Source of the DNA: a virus
Taxonomy: Duplodnaviria; Caudoviricetes
DNA: 64,000 bases
IMG/VR virus record: IMGVR_UViG_3300024284_000001
Location: 2,266 to 66,265 of that record
Direction: 5' to 3' (one strand)
Positions 52,101 to 60,511 of this stretch are shown here, piece by piece (within the stretch, counting starts at the first letter, position 1; each line of letters starts with the position of its first letter). The notes under the pieces are model-generated. The model searched no databases. It was not told the DNA's origin and worked only from the letters and a program-made list of their open reading frames with translations. The translations under genes and the position numbers were made by a program.

Positions 52101-55100
52101 AAGTTGGCGCCCGGCTCGTCGATGACCTTGCCCCCATGCCACCAGGCGCGGACCCGCGCCCCGAGATTCCCGGCGAAGCCCCGCTCTAGCTGCTCTCCCG
52201 CGTGCATGGCCCCGACCGAGCCAGGCGCCGGGCGGGCCTCACCTACTCCGGCGTATTCGGGTTCTCCGTCTCGAGCTGAGTCGGGTCCTCCGCCTTCTTT
52301 CTCGGCGCGTTTCGGAGCAGGATGTTCGCCGGGTTCCGCGCCAGCTTCCTCGGTCCCCCCGCGAGGTTCCTTCCCTCGTCGTTCTTCGGGTAGTCCTTCG
52401 TCGGTCGGGCGTTGCGGTCGTTCTGCGGGAGGCTGTTCCTCGCGAGTAGGTTCTTCCTCCCCTTGTAGCTCCGTAGCGCCTGCTGCGCGTGGCTCACCGC
52501 CCCCTCGTTCACTTTGATCCCGAATTGGCTGGGCTTTAGCATGGGCCTCCTTTTCCTGACGGCGTGAAATCTCACGCGCCGCCGCCTCGAGCATCGTATC
52601 GACGTCCGGCGGTCTCTTCTTCGAGAGGAAGCCGCTCTCCTTCGGACGACCGAGAGCATCCACGACCTCGGCCGCTTCCCTCGTGAGTTCCGAGATCACG
52701 TCGGCGCCGTTACGCCCAGACGCCTCGGCATCGGTGTACGCGGCACGTAGGTAGGCAGCAGCATCTGAGACGTCGGTCTTGTCCGAGGCCGCCTCGTCCA
52801 GGGCCTCACCCAGCGGAACGCGGTGACGTTCGCCCAGGTCAGCCTTTCTCGAGAGTTCGGTGAGGGTGGGCTCGATCGCCTTGCGAGCGTTCTCGAAGGC
52901 TAGACGGCGCGGCTCGCGTAGGGACTGTGTCCCTTGTTCTTGCGGAGCGTTCCCCTCGCCCTCATGCTCTTGAACATTTCGACCTCGGCCAATCTCTTCT
53001 TCGCCGCCTCGAGCGACAGGCCGGGCTTCGACAGGTTCTTGCCCGACTCCGAGGTCACCTTGAATCCGCCTTTGGTCCTGACGATCATTCGGCGCCTCCG
53101 CTACTCCGGGTACTTCTTCGGCCGGAGCGATTCGTTCAGGGGCGGGGCCACGTTCCCTCTCGGTCCCGGCGGGCGTTCCTCGTGGCGGAGCTTCGGCGGG
53201 TGGTGCGCCGGAGGGAAGTACCCGCGTCGCTTCGGGTTCGGGTCCAGCTCGAATCTCACCTTGCTCCCCTTCGGGAGCGACTTCACGAATGCCGCGAAGT
53301 TCTCCACGGGCTCGCTCTCCGGCGGCTTCTCTGGCGGCCTTGTGCTCGTGGAGGGCGCGCTCGGCGGCGGCGATGGCATTTTTGGACCCATTGACGTTCT
53401 CTCCTACGCCGAAGCTGAAGTCGGCCCCGGTGAAAATCTTGGTCGTCCCGTCCGGATAGTCAACGGCAATTCGGCTCTTTTTCAGAATGCCCCTTGCCGT
53501 TTCGAGTCCCGTTCGGAGGCTCTCGGCGTCCTTCCCTCGGTAGAGGAACTCATCTCCCTTGTCGTGGTAGACCTCGAGCCCCGCCTGCTGGGCCGCCCTA
53601 GCCTTCGCCGCCAGCATGGCGTCTCCAGCGGCGTATCCATGGGTGTCATTTAGGGCTTTGAGACCGTCCGAGTCCGACATCGCGTAGGCCCCCGCCTCAC
53701 CCTGAGCCTCGGCGATGTCGAAGGCGTTCCGGTTCTGAATCCCAGCCGTCTTGGAGGTTTCGCTCTCAAGGACACGGCGAACGGCTGGGTGCCCCTCCGG
53801 AAGGTTGACCTCCTTGGCGATGGCCGCCCGACGTTCGGCGATGCGCCGGTCCTCACCATCCGGAATCTCCTCCGGGGGCTCCACCATGCCCCGCCGTTCG
53901 TAGATGGGCTCGGTGCCCGGCTGCCGGATCTCGTAGCGCCCCCTGGCCGGCCCTCCTCGGAGGGCTTCCTCGGGCACTGGGACGAGCGGTGGCGGCTCCG
54001 GAGGCGCCTCAGCGCCGGGAATAGGCGGCACGGGCGCAGGCTGAGGGGCGGGCTCGTCCGGCGGAGCGTTGATCTGGCGGTTCAGTTCGGCCACCACCGA
54101 CTCCACCGCCTGCCGCTTGGTCATGGTCTCCGGGTCGTAGAAGACCATCCCCTTGCCGGTGTCGGCCATCGCGAGGTTCGACGCCTCGGGAGGGGGCGTC
54201 TCGCCGGGAGGGACGAAGATGGGCGTCGATGCTTGCTTGGTTTCAGGCGTAACTGCCGTAGGTTCAGTAGGTTGAGGCGTCGACTCGGAAACGGGTTCGG
54301 CCTTGGGCTCGCTCGCTCGAGCCGCCCCTTCTTTGGCCCCCGCCGCATGGGCCGCCGCCATGGCCGTCATCACCGTGGAGACGGCAGCCCCACCCACGAG
54401 CTTCTCGGCCTCCTCGTAGTTGCCGGCGGCAATGGCCTCGGCCGCAGCCGGGATCTCGTTCTTGGCGAGGTCGTACCCCATCTTCCCGGCGAAGTATGCC
54501 GAGAGCGCTCTCCCCGCCACGCCCGGAAGCCCCGCCGCTCCGGCGATGATCCCGACATTGGCGGGGGTGATCTGAGAGGCCAGGGCCTCCGTGGCCCCCG
54601 TCGCCACTCGAGCCGCTCCCGTGGCGATCTTCCCGGCCTGCGGGATGACGGCCTGGGCCACGGGGTCCGGGATGTTTCGAAGGAGGGCTTGGGCCTGGGG
54701 ACTCTGGATCGCTTGATCGTAGGCCCCCTCGGCGGCCTTGAGTCCAGGCTCGAGCCCGGTCTCCGCCCCCCGGCCGGCGATGTCGCCGATCAGCGGCGCG
54801 GCTTGGAGAGCGGCCCTCCCGCCAGGGATGATGGGCGCTACGGCCTTGGCGATGGGGGATTCGGCTACGTCTCGAGCGATGACCGGAGCGTTTCTCGAGA
54901 TCGAATCGGCGGCTCCGGCAAAGAGCGGACGGCTCGCGGCGTTCCCGAGTTCCTCGAGACTTCTGGGTTGCTCCTTCTCGCGGTTCTGCTGACGGAGAAG
55001 CTCGCCGAGGCGGGCCTTCGCCTTCTCGGCTACCGAGCCGGGGCCGTACGAGGGAGGGCTCGGGCGGAAGCCAGCCTGCTCCGAGGCGGTTATCACTCGC

Positions 55101-55588
55101 CCGCTCTTGCTATCGAGCGTCGCCCCACCGGGCTGCGGGATGAATCGATTCGGGTGGTCGTCCGCCTTGAATTCGGAGGGCCAGTGCCCCGTCTCGTCGG
55201 GACCCTGAACGCCGGCCCTGAACGCCGCCCGGTAGTCGTAGTGGTGCTCGGGTGCGTCGGGGTTCGGATTCAACCCCGTCTTCTGGGCGTTGGCCTTGTA
55301 CCAAGACTGGAATCCGGCCTCGTCCTGGCTCGGCGCCCCCACCGCCGGCTTGGCGATCTGGGGGTCCGGCTCCTCATCTGGCCGAGCGGCGAGCGGCGTG
55401 ATGGGCTTTGGACCGAGGAGCTTGTCGTCGCGGTTCTCGTTCGGTGTAGGGGGCGGGACGGCTTGGAAGGACTTGGCCGGGGCCGGAGTCTTGTGCTGAC
55501 GGATGACCTCGGCGAACTTCTCTTTCGGGAAGTCGTCAGGGAACTCGTACTCGTTCCCGGTCTCCTCGTCAACGACGGTCTGCGGCAT
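49103..55588 (-). CDS. Giant internal virion/DNA-ejection (polyvalent-type) protein with GGDEF-like domain
   Basis: 2161 aa, last gene of the virion module; disordered P/E-rich segments, GGDEF-like domain at about 53400-53765, large helical C-terminal half. Confidence 0.8.
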   Translation of the reverse strand: MPQTVVDEETGNEYEFPDDFPKEKFAEVIRQHKTPAPAKSFQAVPPPTPNENRDDKLLGPKPITPLAARPDEEPDPQIAKPAVGAPSQDEAGFQSWYKANAQKTGLNPNPDAPEHHYDYRAAFRAGVQGPDETGHWPSEFKADDHPNRFIPQPGGATLDSKSGRVITASEQAGFRPSPPSYGPGSVAEKAKARLGELLRQQNREKEQPRSLEELGNAASRPLFAGAADSISRNAPVIARDVAESPIAKAVAPIIPGGRAALQAAPLIGDIAGRGAETGLEPGLKAAEGAYDQAIQSPQAQALLRNIPDPVAQAVIPQAGKIATGAARVATGATEALASQITPANVGIIAGAAGLPGVAGRALSAYFAGKMGYDLAKNEIPAAAEAIAAGNYEEAEKLVGGAAVSTVMTAMAAAHAAGAKEGAARASEPKAEPVSESTPQPTEPTAVTPETKQASTPIFVPPGETPPPEASNLAMADTGKGMVFYDPETMTKRQAVESVVAELNRQINAPPDEPAPQPAPVPPIPGAEAPPEPPPLVPVPEEALRGGPARGRYEIRQPGTEPIYERRGMVEPPEEIPDGEDRRIAERRAAIAKEVNLPEGHPAVRRVLESETSKTAGIQNRNAFDIAEAQGEAGAYAMSDSDGLKALNDTHGYAAGDAMLAAKARAAQQAGLEVYHDKGDEFLYRGKDAESLRTGLETARGILKKSRIAVDYPDGTTKIFTGADFSFGVGENVNGSKNAIAAAERALHEHKAAREAAGERARGELRGIREVAPEGEQGEIRAGPEPEATRVLPSGAPPAEAPPRGTPAGTERERGPAPERIAPAEEVPGVAEAPNDRQDQRRIQGDLGVGQEPVEARPVARGGEEEIGRGRNVQEHEGEGNAPQEQGTQSLREPRRLAFENARKAIEPTLTELSRKADLGERHRVPLGEALDEAASDKTDVSDAAAYLRAAYTDAEASGRNGADVISELTREAAEVVDALGRPKESGFLSKKRPPDVDTMLEAAAREISRRQEKEAHAKAQPIRDQSERGGGEPRAAGATELQGEEEPTREEQPPAERPQRPTDEGLPEERRGKEPRGGTEEAGAEPGEHPAPKRAEKEGGGPDSARDGEPEYAGVGEARPAPGSVGAMHAGEQLERGFAGNLGARVRAWWHGGKVIDEPGANFSKIDALKTKVSGYRLNALAKLSEEAARLGRFTAGAHGRAGVLTNMFRAAIQNDLRSLAEKDGHSNLNYEQDKFVRYLIDHNQRSLVDRWDEMAKDVRGMSDDELTKKIEGDAFETPLQALNTKAPFLIEHEISRGKRKGTKVKSPADLTGDLEALADDPGGARDFLAETFEKARDAAKNGLDPDFEGKKGTDYETTPEVGRMLKTYDDTLGQTFRRAHSLNEGDFRKVDHYFPLQAYEDLTAKKGFDPEFVGGPGVRSSPYKIGPNPRNFFATGLAESYDPSMKRFRSALAQALRKNGGAGFVKSLIDSGAGELWEPKTPGDTPPTSLTMDGEEVRAKSFPIGTDHLIDKNGQLKKIKGGARIVLPEQLAKEIAPILEPREFKEAVWRNVAQKLTTLALGGPTDATIHVANLFSTLVTMTPFISESAAGKTAELAGGHWAKGIITLAKLAAQDPTGADLPRLRELAENGSIPNSYGSHFVLTSDAKAAGAERGLFAVPGDRTASGKRIISPIDIRQFGSLIYDPKYGGDIRARLLIDKAGEQLAKTYGHEWTPEARFNWNRQLGNYVFDLEGDIERGAKGSGLAPFATAGMQGLRNGLRGMFGFQHLPLGEAGEGFKGQAFNRYRAALVWQTAVSGVVLWSLANKLYRDKWPWEEGAKLFQIKIRDDDRRPIKDDDSLGRKALKTAVHAIYGTSVTRPAYFNFGMPMNMQMRGLRASGLKATAEGLMAGRSAKSTGERAVVDSINAMAAPFLGPPIRFASVALMGREPYLERLSLGTQISPKFREADEKRPKTLLEAPLQNLVTAAANTNPIMRRLKETKEQDLPITRTAADAILPQLFKGPYPTTGRWADRHLSDAEEILRGYAADHPFGLAKPDEETRKRLDTVRDLQNQLAEGADRKEIVKQVAQLEKEGKIKPNDRAKILLGTLDSTTREMKESHAPIDVKMEAYEAGTRDEKKKWYPLLLKSYESSLKNQTPDGRALLIEKWKKINAEKRAMR
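52243..52542 (-). CDS. Nested +1-frame gene C (99 aa) inside the giant protein gene
   Basis: AAAAGGAGG-ccc-ATG; MLKPSQFGIKVNEGAVSHAQQ... Confidence 0.55.
   Translation of the reverse strand: MLKPSQFGIKVNEGAVSHAQQALRSYKGRKNLLARNSLPQNDRNARPTKDYPKNDEGRNLAGGPRKLARNPANILLRNAPRKKAEDPTQLETENPNTPE
52900..53088 (-). CDS. Nested +1-frame gene B (62 aa), small basic phage protein
   Basis: GGAGG-7nt-ATG, 12 nt after the stop of nested gene A; MIVRTKGGFKVTSESGKNLSKPGLSLEAAKKRLAEVEMFK. Confidence 0.7.
   Translation of the reverse strand: MIVRTKGGFKVTSESGKNLSKPGLSLEAAKKRLAEVEMFKSMRARGTLRKNKGHSPYASRAV
53101..53391 (-). CDS. Nested +1-frame gene A (96 aa)
   Basis: AGGAG-9nt-ATG; Pro-rich with a central FAAFVKSLPKGSKVRFELDP segment. 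Confidence 0.5.
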   Translation of the reverse strand: MGPKMPSPPPSAPSTSTRPPEKPPESEPVENFAAFVKSLPKGSKVRFELDPNPKRRGYFPPAHHPPKLRHEERPPGPRGNVAPPLNESLRPKKYPE

Positions 55589-55591
55589 CGG

Positions 55592-57112
55592 CTAATTCTC
55601 TACGATCTTCCCGTCCTTCGTTACCGTGAACTTCTTCCCGCCGCCGCCGTGAGATGGCGCTGCCTTCAACGGAGACTGATCCTTGGGCTTCCCGGCGCCG
55701 GCCTTCGCCTTCTCGTAGGCATCGAGCCCAGCCTGCACTAGCTCGTCCCCTTCGACACCCTGCTTGGCGGCTTCAGCCATGGCGATAGCCTGAGCTTTCA
55801 TCGCCCGCTGGTGGGCTTCCTTGTCGTCGGGAGATTCCTTCGGAGGAGGCGTGACGCCCTCGACCTTCTTCGCTCCGGCACCACCACGCGTGCCACGGTA
55901 GAAGGCGGGCGCTCCCGTCTCCGGGTCAACACCCACCGCTAGACCGCCCATGAACTCGGAGGGCTGGGTCTTCGGAACGGTACGAAGCTGGCGCGTCGGG
56001 ACGTCAGGCAGAGATTGTCCCGGCGCAGTCGGTCCCTGCTGCTGCGTGAGGTACCGCGCGTCCATGACCGGCTGGGCCATGGGGCCAAGCGGACTCTTCT
56101 CGACGTCGAAGACGTTGCCGGTGGTGTCGGTCTGGATGTGAGGGGTGTAGGAACCGCCGCCACCACCGGCCGCAGCCGCTTTCTCTCGAGCCCGTAGCCT
56201 AGGATCGTAGACGCCCCGCTGGGGATGCTGACCGCCGGCCTTGTCCAGCATGATGATCTCGCCGTTCTCGTTCACCCCGTGCATGGCCGACATCTCGGGG
56301 AAGCTCTGGGCCGACCTCGGGTCCTGCGGATGACGAGCGTTCCACTGGCTGACCTTGTCCTGATACTCCTGCTGATCGAGAGTTCGGGCCAGCGCGTAGT
56401 TCTGAGAGTAGTCGTTGACCTGCTTGTTGGTCCCGACGAAGGCATCCCAGAGATTCGGATGCTCGATCTTCTGGCGGAGCTTGTCGCGAGCCGCACTCGT
56501 ACGAGCCGTCGCCATTGTCGGGTAGGGGTCCTGATCGTTGTCCGTGGCTCCGCCACCGGGAGACTCGCGAGTAGGCGCAACGGACATCGAGCCCGCCGCT
56601 CTCGAGAAGGCCGTGGCTTCGGTCGCGGTCCCCGGAGTCTCCGACGCCTTCCCGAAGTAATCGACCTTGTTGGGGTTGGTCGCCTTACGCGTCGCCTCGT
56701 TCGGTTGATCGGAGGCGCCACGGTCGGTACGACTACCGTGAACATCGTTCGGGATACCGCCGGTCGTACCGTGGGTCTGATCCTGCGTGGACTGGGTCGC
56801 GGATCCAGCGACGTCGGGTGACGACTGGTAGGGGATCGTGCCCTTGATGTCGGTGTTCACGGGCCGAGAGACGGTCGGGGACTTGGATTTCTGTTCGGCC
56901 TGGGCCTGACCCAAAACGAGAGCCGCGCCGTTACCCGCTCGCTGCTTGTAGCCTCCGGTGCCGTGACGGTGGAGACCGCTTGAGCGCGCGGAACTTGTAA
57001 CCATACGCTCGCTGAGATTGCTCGCCCGAACGCCGTTCATGTTGCGCATGGCAATACCCGACGTCAAGTAGCGGTCGCTCATCGCGGGGATGTCGTCATC
57101 ATTGATGGGCAT
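55592..57112 (-). CDS. DNA ejection/pilot protein (putative)
   Basis: 506 aa, low-complexity A/G/T/Q; upstream of the giant protein. Confidence 0.6.
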   Translation of the reverse strand: MPINDDDIPAMSDRYLTSGIAMRNMNGVRASNLSERMVTSSARSSGLHRHGTGGYKQRAGNGAALVLGQAQAEQKSKSPTVSRPVNTDIKGTIPYQSSPDVAGSATQSTQDQTHGTTGGIPNDVHGSRTDRGASDQPNEATRKATNPNKVDYFGKASETPGTATEATAFSRAAGSMSVAPTRESPGGGATDNDQDPYPTMATARTSAARDKLRQKIEHPNLWDAFVGTNKQVNDYSQNYALARTLDQQEYQDKVSQWNARHPQDPRSAQSFPEMSAMHGVNENGEIIMLDKAGGQHPQRGVYDPRLRAREKAAAAGGGGGSYTPHIQTDTTGNVFDVEKSPLGPMAQPVMDARYLTQQQGPTAPGQSLPDVPTRQLRTVPKTQPSEFMGGLAVGVDPETGAPAFYRGTRGGAGAKKVEGVTPPPKESPDDKEAHQRAMKAQAIAMAEAAKQGVEGDELVQAGLDAYEKAKAGAGKPKDQSPLKAAPSHGGGGKKFTVTKDGKIVEN

Positions 57113-58644
57113 TAGCCACCTCCGACATTGATGCCACCCTGGCCCGTGGTCTTACCGAGCATCGTGTAGTGCTCGCGGCCGAGAGACGCGATGTTACCGA
57201 GTGCGTTGAGGTAGCCGGCCGTACGCGCCGCCGCCTGCTGGTTGAGCGCGGACAGGGCGTTGATGCCCGCTTCTTTACGCCGCTGGATCTCGTTGCCGTA
57301 GCGCTCCATGCCACCGAGACCGGCCTCTTTACGTCGGGCCAGCTCGTTCGCGTAATTGCCGAGCATCCCGAGACCCTGGGACTCGCGCTGCTGACGGAGG
57401 GCGCCGACATCCTGAAGACCTGCGGCCCCCGCTTCCTTCCGCCGCTCGGCCTCCTGAATCGCCGCGATCTTGGACTGGCGGGCCTGTTCGCCAAGAGCAC
57501 CGCCCTGGGACTGGCCGAGAGAGGCGAGGGCCGCGTACGCCCCGGAGCGATTGCCGCTGGCCGAGGCCCGCTGCATGGCCGCGTCTTGGGCCGCGCCGAA
57601 GCCCGCTCGGGTCGCGAGCTGGGCCTGAGTGCCGATCGCGTTCTCTTCTTCCGGCGTCCAGCCGTGGGCGATCATCCCCTTGTACACGCCTTCGATGTCG
57701 CCTTCGTTGGCGTAGGGGCCGGACTGGAAGCCCTTCGCCTTCCCGTAGAAGTCCGTGTCCTCGGCGCCGGGTGTACCGAGGCCCTCATAACCGTGCTCGG
57801 TCGCGAGGTTCTGGCCCGTGATGTCGCCACCCATGAGGTTTTGACTGGCGCCGTAGATGCCGCCGGTCGGAGCCTCGGGACGCCATGCGGGAGACGTGCT
57901 CCACGCGTCGTTGAAGTTGGAGCCTTGAGGTGTCACCGGGGACTGACGGCCCTCGTCGTTCTCGTTGCGATGTAGCGGGTCCGCCTGGTAGTAGTACATC
58001 CCCGTGGGGTCCCGCCGCCAGGGGGTGTTTTGGTTGCCGGCTCCGTAGGGATCACCGCCTCCGTAGCTTCCGCCGCCGCCACCACCACCGTTTCCGCCCG
58101 TGCCGCCGCCGCCTCCGCCGCCGGTACCTCCACCCCCACCGTCACCACCGTTATCCTGGTCGGCGGTATCGTTGCCGTAGGCCGTGAGGTTCTGGCTTTC
58201 GAACATCCGGTTGTCGCCGTTCGCGGCATCCTGACCACCGTATTGCGTGCCGGTAAGCGGGGTGTGAATGCCGCCGCCCCCACCACCATCTGGATACTGG
58301 TAATGGTATCGGCCAGGAAGAGGTCCACGTCCACCACCGATTGCGCCGGGGCCGCCGGGGATGATCGGGTAGCCATTGGGATCTACCGGACCACCTCCTC
58401 CGTTCCCGCCACCTCCTCCACCTCCTCCACCACGACGCGGATCGTTGCCGGGGAGGAAGGACCCACCGTAACCAGCGCCACCCCACGTAAGGTTCTGTTC
58501 GGCTTGGGACTGGTTAATGGCGTCCATGTACCGATTCATCAGGTCTTCGAGCGGCCTGTTCTGGGAATCCTCCCCGAGGTAATTGTTCTTGTCCGTCGTC
58601 TGGAGGCGCTCACGCCCCATGTCGAGGCCGCCTGATACGCTCAT
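57112..58644 (-). CDS. Gly-rich DNA ejection/pilot protein (putative)
   Basis: Poly-Gly tracts followed by A/G/Q-rich amphipathic helices. Confidence 0.65.
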   Translation of the reverse strand: MSVSGGLDMGRERLQTTDKNNYLGEDSQNRPLEDLMNRYMDAINQSQAEQNLTWGGAGYGGSFLPGNDPRRGGGGGGGGGNGGGGPVDPNGYPIIPGGPGAIGGGRGPLPGRYHYQYPDGGGGGGIHTPLTGTQYGGQDAANGDNRMFESQNLTAYGNDTADQDNGGDGGGGGTGGGGGGGTGGNGGGGGGGSYGGGDPYGAGNQNTPWRRDPTGMYYYQADPLHRNENDEGRQSPVTPQGSNFNDAWSTSPAWRPEAPTGGIYGASQNLMGGDITGQNLATEHGYEGLGTPGAEDTDFYGKAKGFQSGPYANEGDIEGVYKGMIAHGWTPEEENAIGTQAQLATRAGFGAAQDAAMQRASASGNRSGAYAALASLGQSQGGALGEQARQSKIAAIQEAERRKEAGAAGLQDVGALRQQRESQGLGMLGNYANELARRKEAGLGGMERYGNEIQRRKEAGINALSALNQQAAARTAGYLNALGNIASLGREHYTMLGKTTGQGGINVGGG

Positions 58645-59108
58645 GCTTCGCTCCTCTTGATGTCGGCGTAGCGCTGCCTGACCTTGAACCGGAGGTGCGC
58701 CCGATTGTTGTCGTCCGTCATCCCGGTCATGGTTAGGAGACGACGGGCGAACCCCTTGATGTAGTCACAGACCCCGATGTACACAATCGGGAATCCACGC
58801 ATGTAGGCGTCCACGCCCCCGAAGTCGATCAGGGATTCGACGAGCGCCCATCGATCCTGCGGCGTGCCGTACGAACGGTCGATCACCATGAAGGCTTCGA
58901 CCGCCGCCTGACCCGTGACCGCTCCGATGATCTCGCCCGCCTCGTTCTCCGCGACGAACGTCACGAAGTTCTCGGGCTTGTCGGGATCAGCGAAGTGAAA
59001 CTCCGGGTCCATCGCCCGATACTCTTCCGCCAGCTCGAGAAGCCTCGGCCTATCCGTCTTCCGGTAAGGACGGATTCGAGTCGGGAAGCGCTCGGGCTCA
59101 GCGGCCAT
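58641..59108 (-). CDS. GNAT-fold protein of the virion module
   Basis: IRPYRKTD...FVAENEAGEIIGAV pattern; position between nozzle and ejection genes as in many podoviruses. Confidence 0.65.
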   Translation of the reverse strand: MAAEPERFPTRIRPYRKTDRPRLLELAEEYRAMDPEFHFADPDKPENFVTFVAENEAGEIIGAVTGQAAVEAFMVIDRSYGTPQDRWALVESLIDFGGVDAYMRGFPIVYIGVCDYIKGFARRLLTMTGMTDDNNRAHLRFKVRQRYADIKRSEA

Positions 59109-59833
59109 TAGGACTGGCCCTGGCGGTCGTACCCCATGCCGGGGTTAGGCGGAGGGGGCGCCCGACGCTCGAGATCAGGGCGGTTGGACTGACCGCGCCC
59201 CATCCCGCTCGGGGTCATGCCGGCGTAGCCTCCGGCTCGATTCCCGCCCATCGGCTGGTTGCCAGCGTAGCCACCCATGCGGCCTCCCCACTGGCGCTTG
59301 CGGTAGGGGTTGAAGCCCTGGTCACCCATGCGGGGTGCGCCACCCGGCGCCATTGGGCCGTCCTTCTCCGTCACGACGTCCGCTCGGTTGTACATGTTCC
59401 CGCCGGTCATCGCCCCACTGTCGGCCCCGATGTTGCCACCGGCCGCCGGAGAATCACCGATCGAGGCGCCGCCACCGGGCGGCGGCATCACGGGCATCGC
59501 TCGGTAACCGCCGCCTCCGCCCGTACCGAAGCCCATGAACTGCCCGGCGCCGGGCTCGGGGATCGGCCCACCGCCTCCACCGCCCGGATCGAAGCCGGGG
59601 TTCATCCCCATGCCGTTGTAGCCGAAGCGCGAGGGGTCGAAGCCATTGCCAGGCTGACCACCCGTCATGACGCCACCGCCCGTCCCGTAGGAGCCAGCGG
59701 CGCCACCGCCGGGACCTCCGCCGTTTCCACCCATCCAGCCACCAGATCCGACCGGCGGGTTGATCGGCATCTTTGGGTTCGGTATCGGCGGGGCACCGGG
59801 GTTGAGATCAGTTCCGTCTCCACTCATTCCCAT
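59108..59833 (-). CDS. Gly/Met/Pro-rich disordered virion protein
   Basis: GGAGG SD; extreme G/M/P bias. Confidence 0.55.
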   Translation of the reverse strand: MGMSGDGTDLNPGAPPIPNPKMPINPPVGSGGWMGGNGGGPGGGAAGSYGTGGGVMTGGQPGNGFDPSRFGYNGMGMNPGFDPGGGGGGPIPEPGAGQFMGFGTGGGGGYRAMPVMPPPGGGASIGDSPAAGGNIGADSGAMTGGNMYNRADVVTEKDGPMAPGGAPRMGDQGFNPYRKRQWGGRMGGYAGNQPMGGNRAGGYAGMTPSGMGRGQSNRPDLERRAPPPPNPGMGYDRQGQS

Positions 59834-59844
59834 GTTGTCCTCCC

Positions 59845-60123
59845 TTAATAGCCGCCGTACCCGTTGGGGTTCTGGGGCTGGTACATCTGCTGAAGTCGTC
59901 TCTGGTTGGGATCGGTTGGCTGTTGGTCATTGGGCTGCTGGCCGGGGATGATCGGGGCGTAGGGCCTGCTCATCTGGCTGATCCAGTCGGGCTGCTGCTG
60001 ACGCATGGCTGCCGCCCCCGGTCCATTCGGATCGCTATTTTCGCGCCCCTTGTTCAGTTGGTTCGCGGCGTACATGTCCTCAAAGCCACCCTTTGACGAA
60101 CCGCCGCCTCCGCCTACGCTCAT
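59845..60123 (-). CDS. Small Gly/Gln-rich virion protein
   Basis: MSVGGGGGSSKGG start typical of ejection-module genes; GAGG SD. Confidence 0.55.
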   Translation of the reverse strand: MSVGGGGGSSKGGFEDMYAANQLNKGRENSDPNGPGAAAMRQQQPDWISQMSRPYAPIIPGQQPNDQQPTDPNQRRLQQMYQPQNPNGYGGY

Positions 60124-60133
60124 CGCATCCTCC

Positions 60134-60511
60134 CTAGACCGGGTACCACCGGGTATCGTTGGTATTGTAGTAGAAGAGCTGCGTCCATCCGGGGTTCGGA
60201 GCCCGTGACGCGGCGATGTTTCCGCCGTCCGTGGCCTGAGTGAACCACGAGCCCTCGGCCAGAAACGCCAGGGGGCTCATCGAGGGATCGGCCGTGATCC
60301 GGGTGATCGTCGCCGTTCCCCTGACGCGAGTGACCGCCGCCGTGATGACGACGGTCGGCTGAGAGTCGATGAGCGGGAGCTGGCCCCCGGTGCCCGGAGT
60401 CCCCTGCGCCATGGCCGAGTTCACGCCATCCTGAAGAAGCTTGAGCGTCTGAACGAGCCGAGGATCGTCCAGTTGCGCGAGACGCTGGGAGATGTCGAGA
60501 AACTTACCCAC
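60134..60511 (-). CDS. Tail accessory protein (putative)
   Basis: Abuts the nozzle gene stop; beta-rich C-terminus. Confidence 0.55.
   Translation of the reverse strand: MGKFLDISQRLAQLDDPRLVQTLKLLQDGVNSAMAQGTPGTGGQLPLIDSQPTVVITAAVTRVRGTATITRITADPSMSPLAFLAEGSWFTQATDGGNIAASRAPNPGWTQLFYYNTNDTRWYPV

Noticed and set aside
54121-54348. Fourth nested ORF in the giant gene
   Set aside because: No SD before the ATG, and the composition is the R/P/S-rich pattern of a shadow frame.
49103-55588. Tape measure protein
   Set aside because: No tail tube, chaperone or baseplate genes. The context is adaptor-nozzle-GNAT-ejection proteins, typical of short-tailed phages.
53789-55741. 650-aa plus-strand ORF and other long antisense ORFs (1984..3318, 13289..14257, 43354..44700, 57169..57975)
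   Set aside because: Shadow frames of GC-rich real genes; Arg/Gly/Leu-biased with no motifs.
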